A program made the position numbers and the translations under genes. A stretch of 56,611 nucleotides of DNA, from the IMG/VR virus record IMGVR_UViG_3300018063_000015, positions 1-56,611 of that record; one strand, given 5' to 3'. Under the pieces are notes generated by a model that made no database searches, was not told the origin of the DNA, and saw nothing but the letters and a program-made list of their open reading frames with translations. This document shows, one piece after another, positions 15,633-24,586 of this stretch; the first letter of the stretch is position 1, and each line of letters starts with the position of its first letter. This DNA comes from a virus. Lineage: Duplodnaviria > Caudoviricetes.

Positions 15633-17101
15633 TAGCACAGGCGGACCTTAAAAATAGCATCTTGCAGGTTCTTGCTGGACTTGCTGGTGACGCAACCAAA
15701 CAAAAGGCAGTAGGTGCTATATCAGGGCCATATATGTATGGCCCAGGTGGTCTATTTGGCACACCTGGCCTGAGCCGTGACGTAATTAGCACACGTATTC
15801 AGCCAGTTGGTCTAGCAGGCGCTTTGCCTGCACGTGGTACTAATCTAACTGATCCACTGTTTCCGTATATTACTGGTTTCTTGGCAGAAACTGGCACCAA
15901 TCCTAGTGGTGTGTGTGATGATCCAGTAACTGCTGGTGCTATCAAGAACTGTATTCAGACAGCACAGTTTGGTAGGTATTCAGCACAGACGCGCACGTTC
16001 GAGCTAAATAGGTTGGGCCAACAGACTAATAGAGGTGAATTCCAAGACCTAGTGCTTATGAATCCACCGTTGTATCAGCCTAATAGCACTACACCTAACA
16101 GTGCAGCCGCAGCTATGCTTGGCAATGAAGCTATGATGCGCTTCATGGAAGTAGGTGTATACTTCCAGCAGAAGCTAGCACAACAAGTATATGTCGGTAA
16201 CCCCGCTAACAATAGCGGTGGTGGCGGTTATGAGGAATTTCCTGGACTAGATATTCTAATTGGTACCACTAAGGTAGACGCTCTTACTGGTACACCGTGC
16301 CCAACGCTTCGTTCAGATATCAAAGACTTCAACTATAATGCAGTGACTTCGTCTCACGCTGGTGGTATTGTCAACGTAGTTACTTATATGATGCGCTTCT
16401 TGATGCACAACGCATCACGTATGAATTTTGGCGAGACACGTTGGGCTATTGTTATGCGTCAGGATTTGTTCTACGAGCTAACTGCTGTCTGGCCATGCTC
16501 TTATCTCACATATCGTTGTACGACTGGTGTGACAGCTAACACTAACATCGAGACATTCGATGCTAATGATGCCATTCAGATGCGTGATGATATGCGTAAT
16601 GGTTCGTATCTACTCATTGATGGCGTGCGAGTGCCTGTTATTGTAGACGACGCTATTATAGAAGAGTCTAGTGGTGATACTAACCGTGTACCACTAGCTA
16701 GCTTCGCCTCCGACATTTACTTCCTCCCGCTTTCAGTGCGTGGCGGTATTGCTACTACGTTCTGGGAGTATTTCGATTATAGTGGAAACAACGCTGCAAT
16801 GTCAGCGTTGCGTGATACTGCGTTTGGTGGTATGGATACATCGTTCTGGACAGATGGTGGTAAGTTCTTGTGGGGTCGTAAGCCAATGAACAACTGGTGT
16901 CTACAGTGGTTATCTAAAACTGAACCTAGACTTATATTATTGACGCCACATCTAGCAGGCCGTCTGCTTAATGTAGTTTATACTCCGCTTCAGCACACGC
17001 GTGATCCATTCACCAACGACGACTACTTTGTCGATGGTGGGGTTACTAGTCGTGGTGCTCCGCTACACTATAGTGACTGGGCATCTACAACTCCTGCGTA
17101 G
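15626..17101 (+). CDS. Major capsid protein
   Basis: 491 aa, follows the protease/scaffold gene, EFPGLDILI motif, followed by a strong hairpin. Confidence 0.8.
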   Translation: MVVAQADLKNSILQVLAGLAGDATKQKAVGAISGPYMYGPGGLFGTPGLSRDVISTRIQPVGLAGALPARGTNLTDPLFPYITGFLAETGTNPSGVCDDPVTAGAIKNCIQTAQFGRYSAQTRTFELNRLGQQTNRGEFQDLVLMNPPLYQPNSTTPNSAAAAMLGNEAMMRFMEVGVYFQQKLAQQVYVGNPANNSGGGGYEEFPGLDILIGTTKVDALTGTPCPTLRSDIKDFNYNAVTSSHAGGIVNVVTYMMRFLMHNASRMNFGETRWAIVMRQDLFYELTAVWPCSYLTYRCTTGVTANTNIETFDANDAIQMRDDMRNGSYLLIDGVRVPVIVDDAIIEESSGDTNRVPLASFASDIYFLPLSVRGGIATTFWEYFDYSGNNAAMSALRDTAFGGMDTSFWTDGGKFLWGRKPMNNWCLQWLSKTEPRLILLTPHLAGRLLNVVYTPLQHTRDPFTNDDYFVDGGVTSRGAPLHYSDWASTTPA

Positions 17102-17113
17102 GAGTCATAGTAG

Positions 17114-17144
17114 TGGGGTAGGGAGCAATGGACTCCCTACCCCA
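17114..17144 (+). terminator. Hairpin after the capsid gene
   Basis: TGGGGTAGGGAG-CAATGGA-CTCCCTACCCCA, 12-bp stem. Confidence 0.7.
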
Positions 17145-17155
17145 GAGGGTAATAA

Positions 17156-17590
17156 ATGCCATTAACTGGTCAACCTGTCATTTCTACAAACGTAGACCCA
17201 CTTGCTAATGCTTTTGCTGTACCAGTAAGACAAATAGGTGGGGCATCTGCATCTAGTAGTGGGCCTGCTGTTAGTAGTGGAGTTGGCAAGCGTAATCCTG
17301 TAACAGCTAACATATCTGCTGCTGGTCAGACTGTAATACCAGCACAAGGTGTGGGACGGCGTATAGTTATACGTAAACTATCGGTACATGATCGTGGTGT
17401 TGAACAGGTAGTTAGTCTACGTGATGGTGTAGGTGGTTATATAGGTTGGACTGCTGATCTTGCACCTGATGGTGGTGGTTCATTGGGAGATTTTGGTTCT
17501 GGTTGGTATCTAACCGATAATGGTGCATTTGCTGCTGATGCTACGGCAGCTAGTGTAGATATAAACGTAACTGATTGGGGCGTTGAATAA
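17156..17590 (+). CDS. Putative capsid decoration or virion protein
   Basis: Small, beta-rich, directly after the capsid gene. Confidence 0.55.
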   Translation: MPLTGQPVISTNVDPLANAFAVPVRQIGGASASSSGPAVSSGVGKRNPVTANISAAGQTVIPAQGVGRRIVIRKLSVHDRGVEQVVSLRDGVGGYIGWTADLAPDGGGSLGDFGSGWYLTDNGAFAADATAASVDINVTDWGVE

Positions 17591-17640
17591 ATAGTGTGGC
17601 AGTAATCGGCGTTGATGTTAGTATTACACTTGGAGTATAG

Positions 17641-18369
17641 ATGCCTAATCTTCTTACGTTGGGTGTAGGTGGAGCTATACTTATACCACCTACGGGTTTG
17701 TCTGGACTGCAATATTGGTTTCAAGGTGATCAAATTGTAGGTTTAAGTGATGGTGATCTTGTTGCAACGTGGCCAGATGGAAGTGGTTTTGGTCTAAATG
17801 CAACTCAATCTTCGGATATAAAAAAGGCAACGTGGCAAACTAATGAAGTTAATGGTTTGTCAATTGTACGTTTTGATGGTGTAGACGATTCTATGGTTTC
17901 GCCTGCGTCTGCTGCTATGAAGCCATGTACATTATTTTCGTTAGTTAAATTTGTATCTGGTGGAATAACGGCTCAGACCATACATGGTGGTACTATTGTT
18001 GTTGGTCCACTACAATGGAGAGCAGATAATAGTGCTGGTACTAGATTTCAGCGAATAATTAAACAAGTAACATCGGTTATTGGTGATGGACCAGTAAACA
18101 TCTTGCATGATGCATATAATGTTTTGATTATTACATATAGTAGCATTGGCGAGTGGGCAATTTACAAAAATGGAGCACTTGATGCTAGTGGTACTAACAA
18201 TGTCGCACTTACAGCCTCTACACTGCAAATTGGTGCAAATGCAGGACTCGCGGAATTTGCAAAGATGGATCTAGAAGAATTGGGTGGTTACAATAGAGTC
18301 CTTAATGATACAGAACGTAGACAACTTGTTACATATTTAGGTACTCGTGGAGGCATAGCTGTCGTATGA
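17641..18369 (+). CDS. Concanavalin A/LamG-like domain virion protein
   Basis: GLQYWF..D..DGDLVATWPDGSG..NG...VRFDGVDD...YNRVLND.ER. Confidence 0.75.
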   Translation: MPNLLTLGVGGAILIPPTGLSGLQYWFQGDQIVGLSDGDLVATWPDGSGFGLNATQSSDIKKATWQTNEVNGLSIVRFDGVDDSMVSPASAAMKPCTLFSLVKFVSGGITAQTIHGGTIVVGPLQWRADNSAGTRFQRIIKQVTSVIGDGPVNILHDAYNVLIITYSSIGEWAIYKNGALDASGTNNVALTASTLQIGANAGLAEFAKMDLEELGGYNRVLNDTERRQLVTYLGTRGGIAVV

Positions 18370-18378
18370 GATATAACT

Positions 18379-18831
18379 GTGGCTAATAGCTACGTAGAAG
18401 TACAAGAGCCAACAATAGTAACTACTCGTTTGGCATCACAGGCATTCGTGCGTGATGCTGTAACTGTAGAGCGTGAAGAAGTAATACAAGCCGATCCTAC
18501 TGATCCTAATGCTCTTGCTAGAGTAGTCAATACTTCACCAGGGGCTACTGATTATGGTGCTGTTACTCGTACTCCTGGTGGTGCTCCTACTGATGGAACA
18601 TTAGCCGCGGCTGTTGGGGCTGCTGCGTTAAGTGCTGGATTAGCATGTAGATGGTTAATTGCACAAGCTGATCCTGATAATGTTGCTGATTGTTTCATAG
18701 GTGATTCTGCTAATCAACGTTTTCAATTAGTACCTGGGCAAGGAGTTGGATTGCCAGTTAGTAATGTTGGTTTGGTGTTTGGTCGTATGGCATCTGGTAC
18801 TGGTAGTATTAACTGGGTGGCGTTTGCGTAA
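18379..18831 (+). CDS. Putative virion structural protein
   Basis: Beta-rich C-terminus (LIAQADPDN...IGDS....LVPGQ); position in the head module. Confidence 0.55.
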   Translation: MANSYVEVQEPTIVTTRLASQAFVRDAVTVEREEVIQADPTDPNALARVVNTSPGATDYGAVTRTPGGAPTDGTLAAAVGAAALSAGLACRWLIAQADPDNVADCFIGDSANQRFQLVPGQGVGLPVSNVGLVFGRMASGTGSINWVAFA

Positions 18832-20438
18832 TGTATCCTAGTGTAGCTAATCCACTTGATAGAATACAACGCGGCGGTGGTCGTGTTAAAGTAGAATCTG
18901 ATGGTGATACTACTGTTAGTAAATCACTTGAAATAACTGGACCACGGCCGTGGATTGACGTACGGGCCTATGGTGCGACTGGAGATGGCGTTACTGATGA
19001 TACCGCCGCAATTCAAGCGGCTATTACAGCATTGCCGAATGGTGGTCGTATACGCTTTCCAGCTGGTACTTATGCTCTTACCGATGAATTAAACTTTCGC
19101 GACAAGCTAAACATTATTTGTGATTGTGATTTAAACGCGAGATTCATTCCACGTACAGGCTCCAACTTTACGGGCAAGGCACTTGTAGACTTTGCGGGTA
19201 CACGTCGCTCTGTGTGGAATGGTGGTTATTTCTCTGGCACTTTGGCTGTAAATGTTCCATCTGCTGCTATGGTCATTAGCAGAACTGCCAATGATGGGGC
19301 CTATAACAGGTTCCAAGACATCTATACAGATGGCAACTGGACTGTGGCTGCTGTGTACAACGCGGGTGGTGAGATAGAATACTTCATTAACTGTGCATTC
19401 CAGAATGCGCTGGGTCCTGGTTATTACGACACTCATGATGATTCAGTACGTCAGTTGGGCGGCGGCGGGTCGTACTCTAATACTCGTAAGTATTTCTGGG
19501 GTTGCCAATTCGGTAACTTTGCGCTTACTGGCCAGCAAGATGTTGTGACGTTAGCAGGCAACACACAGGAAGTAGTCTTCCGCGACTGCTACTTCGCGAA
19601 AACCAGCACAGGTATCACGAGGATCATAGCGCTGGTGGACGAAGTGGCTGGGACAGGAGTCACACACCGGCTGACAGTAGATAACTGTAGGGTGGAAGGG
19701 AATCTAGCAACCAATATCGGTAATCTTTTCATCTATAGTAGCAAAACCTCTGGTATGACTACTTTAAACCTACGGACACTGAACTGGACACAAACGGACA
19801 ATACCTATCTCATTGACCTCCTGACAAGTGCGTCTGAACTAGATATTGTCCAAGACAGCCAGCCTGGTGGAGTTAAGTTATTTCAGGTGCGCAGCCCAGC
19901 CATCTTGCGTCTCTGTAGGATACGTGGACAGTTAGGTGGCATGATTCAAATGGATGTTGGAGCGACAGCCACGGAGAATATCCTCCAATCCACAAATGGG
20001 TATCCATTTGTGGGCGCAGGTCTATATAGAGTTAGCGGGCAAGAAGTTAATGTAATCAATGGTAATATGGCTACTGGCTTGATTTTTGATTATTTTGGTA
20101 CTGGTTCACCTGAAGGGGTTGTTACAGCAGGTGTTGGTAATATATATCGTGATATAGCAGGTAGCGGTACTTATCGTAAGAATACTGGAATAGGAAGTAC
20201 GGGATGGATAGGTGGAGAAGTAGCTGATATAGGTGCACTTGTTGATAATACTGGGGGAGTAGTAGACAATACATTACAAGCGATAATTGATCCTACTGAC
20301 GCACCTGGTACGGCAGATATTCTACGTGATGATTTAGTACTTAATACGTTGCCAGCAATACGTAACGATCTTGCTGATCTTGCAGAACAATGTAATGCTT
20401 TACGCACAGCAATGCGTAATCATGGAGATATGTTATAA
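18831..20438 (+). CDS. Pectate-lyase-3-type beta-helix spike/fibre protein
   Basis: WIDVRAYGATGDGVTDDTAAIQAAI...FPAGTY; C-terminal GTGSPEGVVTA..G.IY. Confidence 0.85.
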   Translation: MYPSVANPLDRIQRGGGRVKVESDGDTTVSKSLEITGPRPWIDVRAYGATGDGVTDDTAAIQAAITALPNGGRIRFPAGTYALTDELNFRDKLNIICDCDLNARFIPRTGSNFTGKALVDFAGTRRSVWNGGYFSGTLAVNVPSAAMVISRTANDGAYNRFQDIYTDGNWTVAAVYNAGGEIEYFINCAFQNALGPGYYDTHDDSVRQLGGGGSYSNTRKYFWGCQFGNFALTGQQDVVTLAGNTQEVVFRDCYFAKTSTGITRIIALVDEVAGTGVTHRLTVDNCRVEGNLATNIGNLFIYSSKTSGMTTLNLRTLNWTQTDNTYLIDLLTSASELDIVQDSQPGGVKLFQVRSPAILRLCRIRGQLGGMIQMDVGATATENILQSTNGYPFVGAGLYRVSGQEVNVINGNMATGLIFDYFGTGSPEGVVTAGVGNIYRDIAGSGTYRKNTGIGSTGWIGGEVADIGALVDNTGGVVDNTLQAIIDPTDAPGTADILRDDLVLNTLPAIRNDLADLAEQCNALRTAMRNHGDML

Positions 20439-21367
20439 TGCACGGTCGTATTCTTATTACTGGTGGGTCTGGCTTCTTGGGTCGTGGTATATTGCATATA
20501 GCCAAACGTGATAATTGGAATGCTGATTTTACTTGTTTGAGCAGAGATGAACATAAACAAGATTTGTTAAAACGTAGATATCCTGGCGTAAGACGCATAC
20601 TAGGTGATGTAACCGATCCAGAGCGTCTACGAAGTGCGTTTCAGCATCAGGATACTATAATTCATGCAGCAGCAGTTAAATATATACCAGAAGCTGAATT
20701 TAACGTAGATGAAACCATTAAAATAAACATGGTAGGTTCTAAAAATGTTTTAGAGGCAGCATCGCACGCTAATGCCAATGTCATATGCATTAGCACTGAT
20801 AAAGCAGCTAGTCCTGTGAATGTATATGGCATGACTAAGGCGCTTATGGAGCGTCTATGTGGAGAATTTGCTAGGTTACATGACGCAGGACCAAGGTTTA
20901 CGTGCGTTCGCTATGGTAACGTTGTGGGTAGCACTGGCAGCGTTATACCTTTATTTGAGAGACAGGTAGCAGAGCAAGGACATTTGACTATAACTGATCC
21001 AGATATGACAAGGTTTTGGATTAGTATAGAACAAGCTGTATCTCTAATAGAATTAGCAAGCGAGACTGGAAACGGTAATACAGTAATACCTATGGCTTCC
21101 AGTATGAACCTTTTAGACCTGGCTAATACTATAGCAGATGGACATAAGGTTAAAGTATTGGGTATGAGACCTGGTGAAAAGAGACATGAGACTCTTATAA
21201 ACTATGAAGAATCCGTGCGTGCTGTACGTTGTGGTAGTTTCTATCAACTAGCACCAGCTACTAGTTTACCAACTTGTGATCCATTTGTAGTTACTAGTAA
21301 TACACCATCTTCATTTATAACGAAAGATGAAATGCGTGAAATGATCGAGATGAGCAAATGTATATAG
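20438..21367 (+). CDS. UDP-GlcNAc 4,6-dehydratase (PseB/FlaA1/CapE/WbvB-like, polysaccharide biosynthesis SDR)
   Basis: TGGSGFLG, SRDEHKQ, IHAAAVK, STDKA, YGMTK, RYGNVVGSTGSVIP, MTRF and RPGEK. Confidence 0.92.
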   Translation: MHGRILITGGSGFLGRGILHIAKRDNWNADFTCLSRDEHKQDLLKRRYPGVRRILGDVTDPERLRSAFQHQDTIIHAAAVKYIPEAEFNVDETIKINMVGSKNVLEAASHANANVICISTDKAASPVNVYGMTKALMERLCGEFARLHDAGPRFTCVRYGNVVGSTGSVIPLFERQVAEQGHLTITDPDMTRFWISIEQAVSLIELASETGNGNTVIPMASSMNLLDLANTIADGHKVKVLGMRPGEKRHETLINYEESVRAVRCGSFYQLAPATSLPTCDPFVVTSNTPSSFITKDEMREMIEMSKCI

Positions 21368-22140
21368 GTGTATTAGGCACTGGTGGCATGCTAGGCAAAG
21401 CAGTAGTAGAGGCGTGTATCGAAAAAGGAATGGTATGTCATGGATATGATCGAGAACAAATAGATATATGCGACGCGAATCTAATAGTTACACTTAACGC
21501 TGATGTTGTTATAAATTGTGCTGGTGTTATTGATAAGGCTAATACCTTGGGTATGGTAAAGACCAATGCTTTGGGGCCACACGTTCTTGCTACATGGTTT
21601 AGTGGACCGATTATTCATGTATCTACTGATTGTGTATTCAGTGGTATATATGACGATCCTTATCCAGTACATTTCAACCCCGATCCTGTTGACTTATATG
21701 GTCGTACTAAATTGGTTGGTGAAGTTAAGGCAGACCACGTGCTTAATGTACGCACTAGTTTTATTGGCTTCGATCATGGATTCTTGCGATGGCTTATAGA
21801 TAATCGTAATGGCCAAATAGAAGGCTGGGCTAATGCAATGTGGTCAGGTTCAACTGTATATGCAGTTGCACGCGGCTTAGTGGACATGGCTGTAAACTTT
21901 AAGAATGGTGGTATAGCTCACTTAGCTACGTTAAAGGGTGTGGATAAATGTATGTTGGCTTTTGGACTTGGTAACTTACTTGACTTGCATTTATCTATCA
22001 CAAGGTCAATGATGCCCGTTATTGACAGAACGTTAGAACCTACTCACATACTACCTGATGTATCAGAAGTATCAGATGAACTCCGCAGCAAGTTCGTGGC
22101 TGCTGGTTTGCATGAAAGGCATGTCAACGTTGGCAACTGA
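21358..22140 (+). CDS. NDP-4-keto-6-deoxy-hexose reductase (RmlD-like)
   Basis: GTGGMLG, VINCAG, HVSTDCVFSG, YGRTK and RTSFIG. Confidence 0.9.
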   Translation: MYIGVLGTGGMLGKAVVEACIEKGMVCHGYDREQIDICDANLIVTLNADVVINCAGVIDKANTLGMVKTNALGPHVLATWFSGPIIHVSTDCVFSGIYDDPYPVHFNPDPVDLYGRTKLVGEVKADHVLNVRTSFIGFDHGFLRWLIDNRNGQIEGWANAMWSGSTVYAVARGLVDMAVNFKNGGIAHLATLKGVDKCMLAFGLGNLLDLHLSITRSMMPVIDRTLEPTHILPDVSEVSDELRSKFVAAGLHERHVNVGN

Positions 22141-22822
22141 AATTAGTGTAGTTATTCCAGTAGGGCCTTATCCAGGTAACGTGCAATGGTTAGATGAGTG
22201 CATAAATAGTGCGCTGGATCAAACTCATCAACCAGCACAACTTATTATCATAGATGATGGTGCTGATCTTAAAAGAGAAGATTTACCACATGGTACTAAA
22301 TTGTGGCATTCACCGTGGCAATTAGGAGTAGCTGCTGCTTTTAATGTTGGAATAGGACTAAGTTCGACTAATTGTGTATTCATGCTTGGATCAGATGATA
22401 CATTAGAACAACAATGCTTAGCAGCTTGTGCTGATAAGTATGAGCGAACTGATCGACGTGATTTAGCTTACTTCTGGACTGGTGTTAGATATAGTGATGG
22501 GCGAGAAGATCAATATTTACCATGTCATGCTGCTATGGTAACGCAAACATTATGGCATCATTGTGGTGGCTTCCCGCCTGAGTCTGCTTCTGGTGCTCCT
22601 GATGCAGCACTAATAAGTATTCTACTCGGCAATAAAGATGCTGGTGATTTAGTATGTGTTAATCCACATATGCCATTATATAACTACCGCGTGCACGATG
22701 ATACCGATACAGCAAGGCGTGCAGAGTGGCAGGGCGTTATTCTCAGTACTAGAGATATATTAACAAGGACGTGGAATGCTAAGCATTATACTTTTAACCT
22801 ACAACCGTCCAATGTACGCTGA
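22121..22822 (+). CDS. Glycosyltransferase family 2
   Basis: ISVVIP, LDECINSAL.Q, IIIDDG, AFNVG, MLGSDD and LYNYRVH. Confidence 0.88.
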   Translation: MSTLATEISVVIPVGPYPGNVQWLDECINSALDQTHQPAQLIIIDDGADLKREDLPHGTKLWHSPWQLGVAAAFNVGIGLSSTNCVFMLGSDDTLEQQCLAACADKYERTDRRDLAYFWTGVRYSDGREDQYLPCHAAMVTQTLWHHCGGFPPESASGAPDAALISILLGNKDAGDLVCVNPHMPLYNYRVHDDTDTARRAEWQGVILSTRDILTRTWNAKHYTFNLQPSNVR

Positions 22823-23432
22823 GAAAACTCTTAAGAGCGTATTGAGGAACTTAAAGTATAGCGGTGAACGACACGTACATATAGCAGATGATGGTACACC
22901 AATGCCTAATTACATACAATGGTTATGTGATATAGCACAGGATTGTGGTGCAGATCATGTAACATGGTCAAATGCTGAACGTTCAGGCTATGGTGGTAAC
23001 TATAACCTAGCCTGTCAGACAGCACATAGAGGCGCAACAGCAGTATTGCCACTTGAAGATGACTGGGAATTAACAAGGGAATTTAACATTGATCCAATTG
23101 TTGCGGCGCTTGACGTGTTCGGTTGCATTAGGTGTGGTTATGTGGGTTATACACAGCAGTTACGAGGAGAATTTGTATCGCATGGTGGTTATCATTGGCT
23201 TAAGTTTGATCCCGATAGTCCTGAGCCACACATTTTCGCTGGTCATCCAAGAATCGAAACAGTAGAATGGGCACGTAGTGTAGGACCGTGGCCAGTTGGT
23301 ATGGACCCTGGTGCTACTGAATTTGCAGTGGCACACAGGCCAGCAGCACGACAGAACGTAGCATGGCCAGTCGATTTGATACCACCAAGTGGTGGATTGT
23401 TTGCCCACGTTGGAACAATAAGAAGTTATTAA
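22776..23432 (+). CDS. Glycosyltransferase family 2 (GT-A)
   Basis: IILLTYNR, HIADDG, LPLEDDW and FAHVG. Confidence 0.85.
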   Translation: MLSIILLTYNRPMYAEKTLKSVLRNLKYSGERHVHIADDGTPMPNYIQWLCDIAQDCGADHVTWSNAERSGYGGNYNLACQTAHRGATAVLPLEDDWELTREFNIDPIVAALDVFGCIRCGYVGYTQQLRGEFVSHGGYHWLKFDPDSPEPHIFAGHPRIETVEWARSVGPWPVGMDPGATEFAVAHRPAARQNVAWPVDLIPPSGGLFAHVGTIRSY

Positions 23433-23927
23433 ATGACTGCCTTAGCTTGTGAAATTACTAATGCTGAATTAGTACAAGTACGTGTATTGACCAGTTTATT
23501 ACCAGTAGATCGTAAGGTGTTTGTGGCTGACACACGTGGGCCAGACTTCTCTGATACTGCTGTGTTAGCTGTATTATATGAACGACAACAAATGTTTCCT
23601 AAGCGAACGGCACTAGTCAACGTTCACACGATTAGCTTGGACAATGATGATGTAAAGTGGACTAGTGTAGCAGTAAAGGGAGCTAACTTTAGTCATTATT
23701 GGTCTGGTATAGTGCGTGATCCTTGTGAGTCAGCATTTAGAGTAGATATGTTGCTTATAAGTGCTATGTCAGATGAAGCTACCTTGAATGTATTAAAAGC
23801 ATGGGTACCTCATATGCGTACAAATGCTCCAGTGTGGATTCACAATTCAGATGCGTATACACAATATCCTCATATTAGGTTAATTGGTTGTATAGAGAAG
23901 GGGGCAGCATGTCTAGTAACGGATTAA
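23433..23927 (+). CDS. Possible degenerate class I SAM methyltransferase
   Basis: VDMLLIS...LKAWVPHMRTNAPVWIHN resembles the C-terminal half of Methyltransf_24; the glycine-rich SAM motif is eroded. Confidence 0.4.
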   Translation: MTALACEITNAELVQVRVLTSLLPVDRKVFVADTRGPDFSDTAVLAVLYERQQMFPKRTALVNVHTISLDNDDVKWTSVAVKGANFSHYWSGIVRDPCESAFRVDMLLISAMSDEATLNVLKAWVPHMRTNAPVWIHNSDAYTQYPHIRLIGCIEKGAACLVTD

Positions 23928-24586
23928 CTGTAGTAATGACTACTTATCTTCCAGATGGTCCAGTGGGCGAAGCACGATTAGGATATGCAAAGCACACAAT
24001 TGACGCTCTATATGATGTAGTCGATCACGGATTAGGATTGTTAGTTGTTACGCATGACGGGCCGCAAAATAATTGGCTGCATAACTTGTCCAGACATATG
24101 GATGCAATTAGGCTTAATTCTGTAATATACTACGGACCTCGTAATGGAATTGGTGCCAGCTTGAATCGTGCTATGCATGCTATTACTGGTAATTGGATGT
24201 ACATTACAGACGATTGGTTGCTACAGAAACCGATTGACTTCGGTAAAGCAATAGCTTTGCTCAAAGATTATGACTATGTTAGACTTGGGCCCCTACATCC
24301 GAACCTAGCGTGCACAACTAAATTCAACAAAGAACTTGGATGGTGGTTAGAATTGCATACTGGCAGCGGTTTTACATTTGCTACTAGGCCATTTGTAGCC
24401 ACCAAGACTTTTTACAATTACATAGGTCCATTTGATGAAGGCTTAGACGCATACGAGACAGAACGTTTATATAATAAACGTGTTAGCATGTTTAGTCCTA
24501 AGATGGCTGCATTGTTATCTGACGGTACTGAGTGGGAACACATTGGAGCCGTAGAGGTCGGGCGTGAAGCTATTTATACTACCTAA
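23909..24586 (+). CDS. Glycosyltransferase family 2 (GT-A)
   Basis: VVMTTY, VTHDG, GIGASLN, YITDDW and WEHIG; paralog of 22776-23432. Confidence 0.8.
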   Translation: MSSNGLTVVMTTYLPDGPVGEARLGYAKHTIDALYDVVDHGLGLLVVTHDGPQNNWLHNLSRHMDAIRLNSVIYYGPRNGIGASLNRAMHAITGNWMYITDDWLLQKPIDFGKAIALLKDYDYVRLGPLHPNLACTTKFNKELGWWLELHTGSGFTFATRPFVATKTFYNYIGPFDEGLDAYETERLYNKRVSMFSPKMAALLSDGTEWEHIGAVEVGREAIYTT

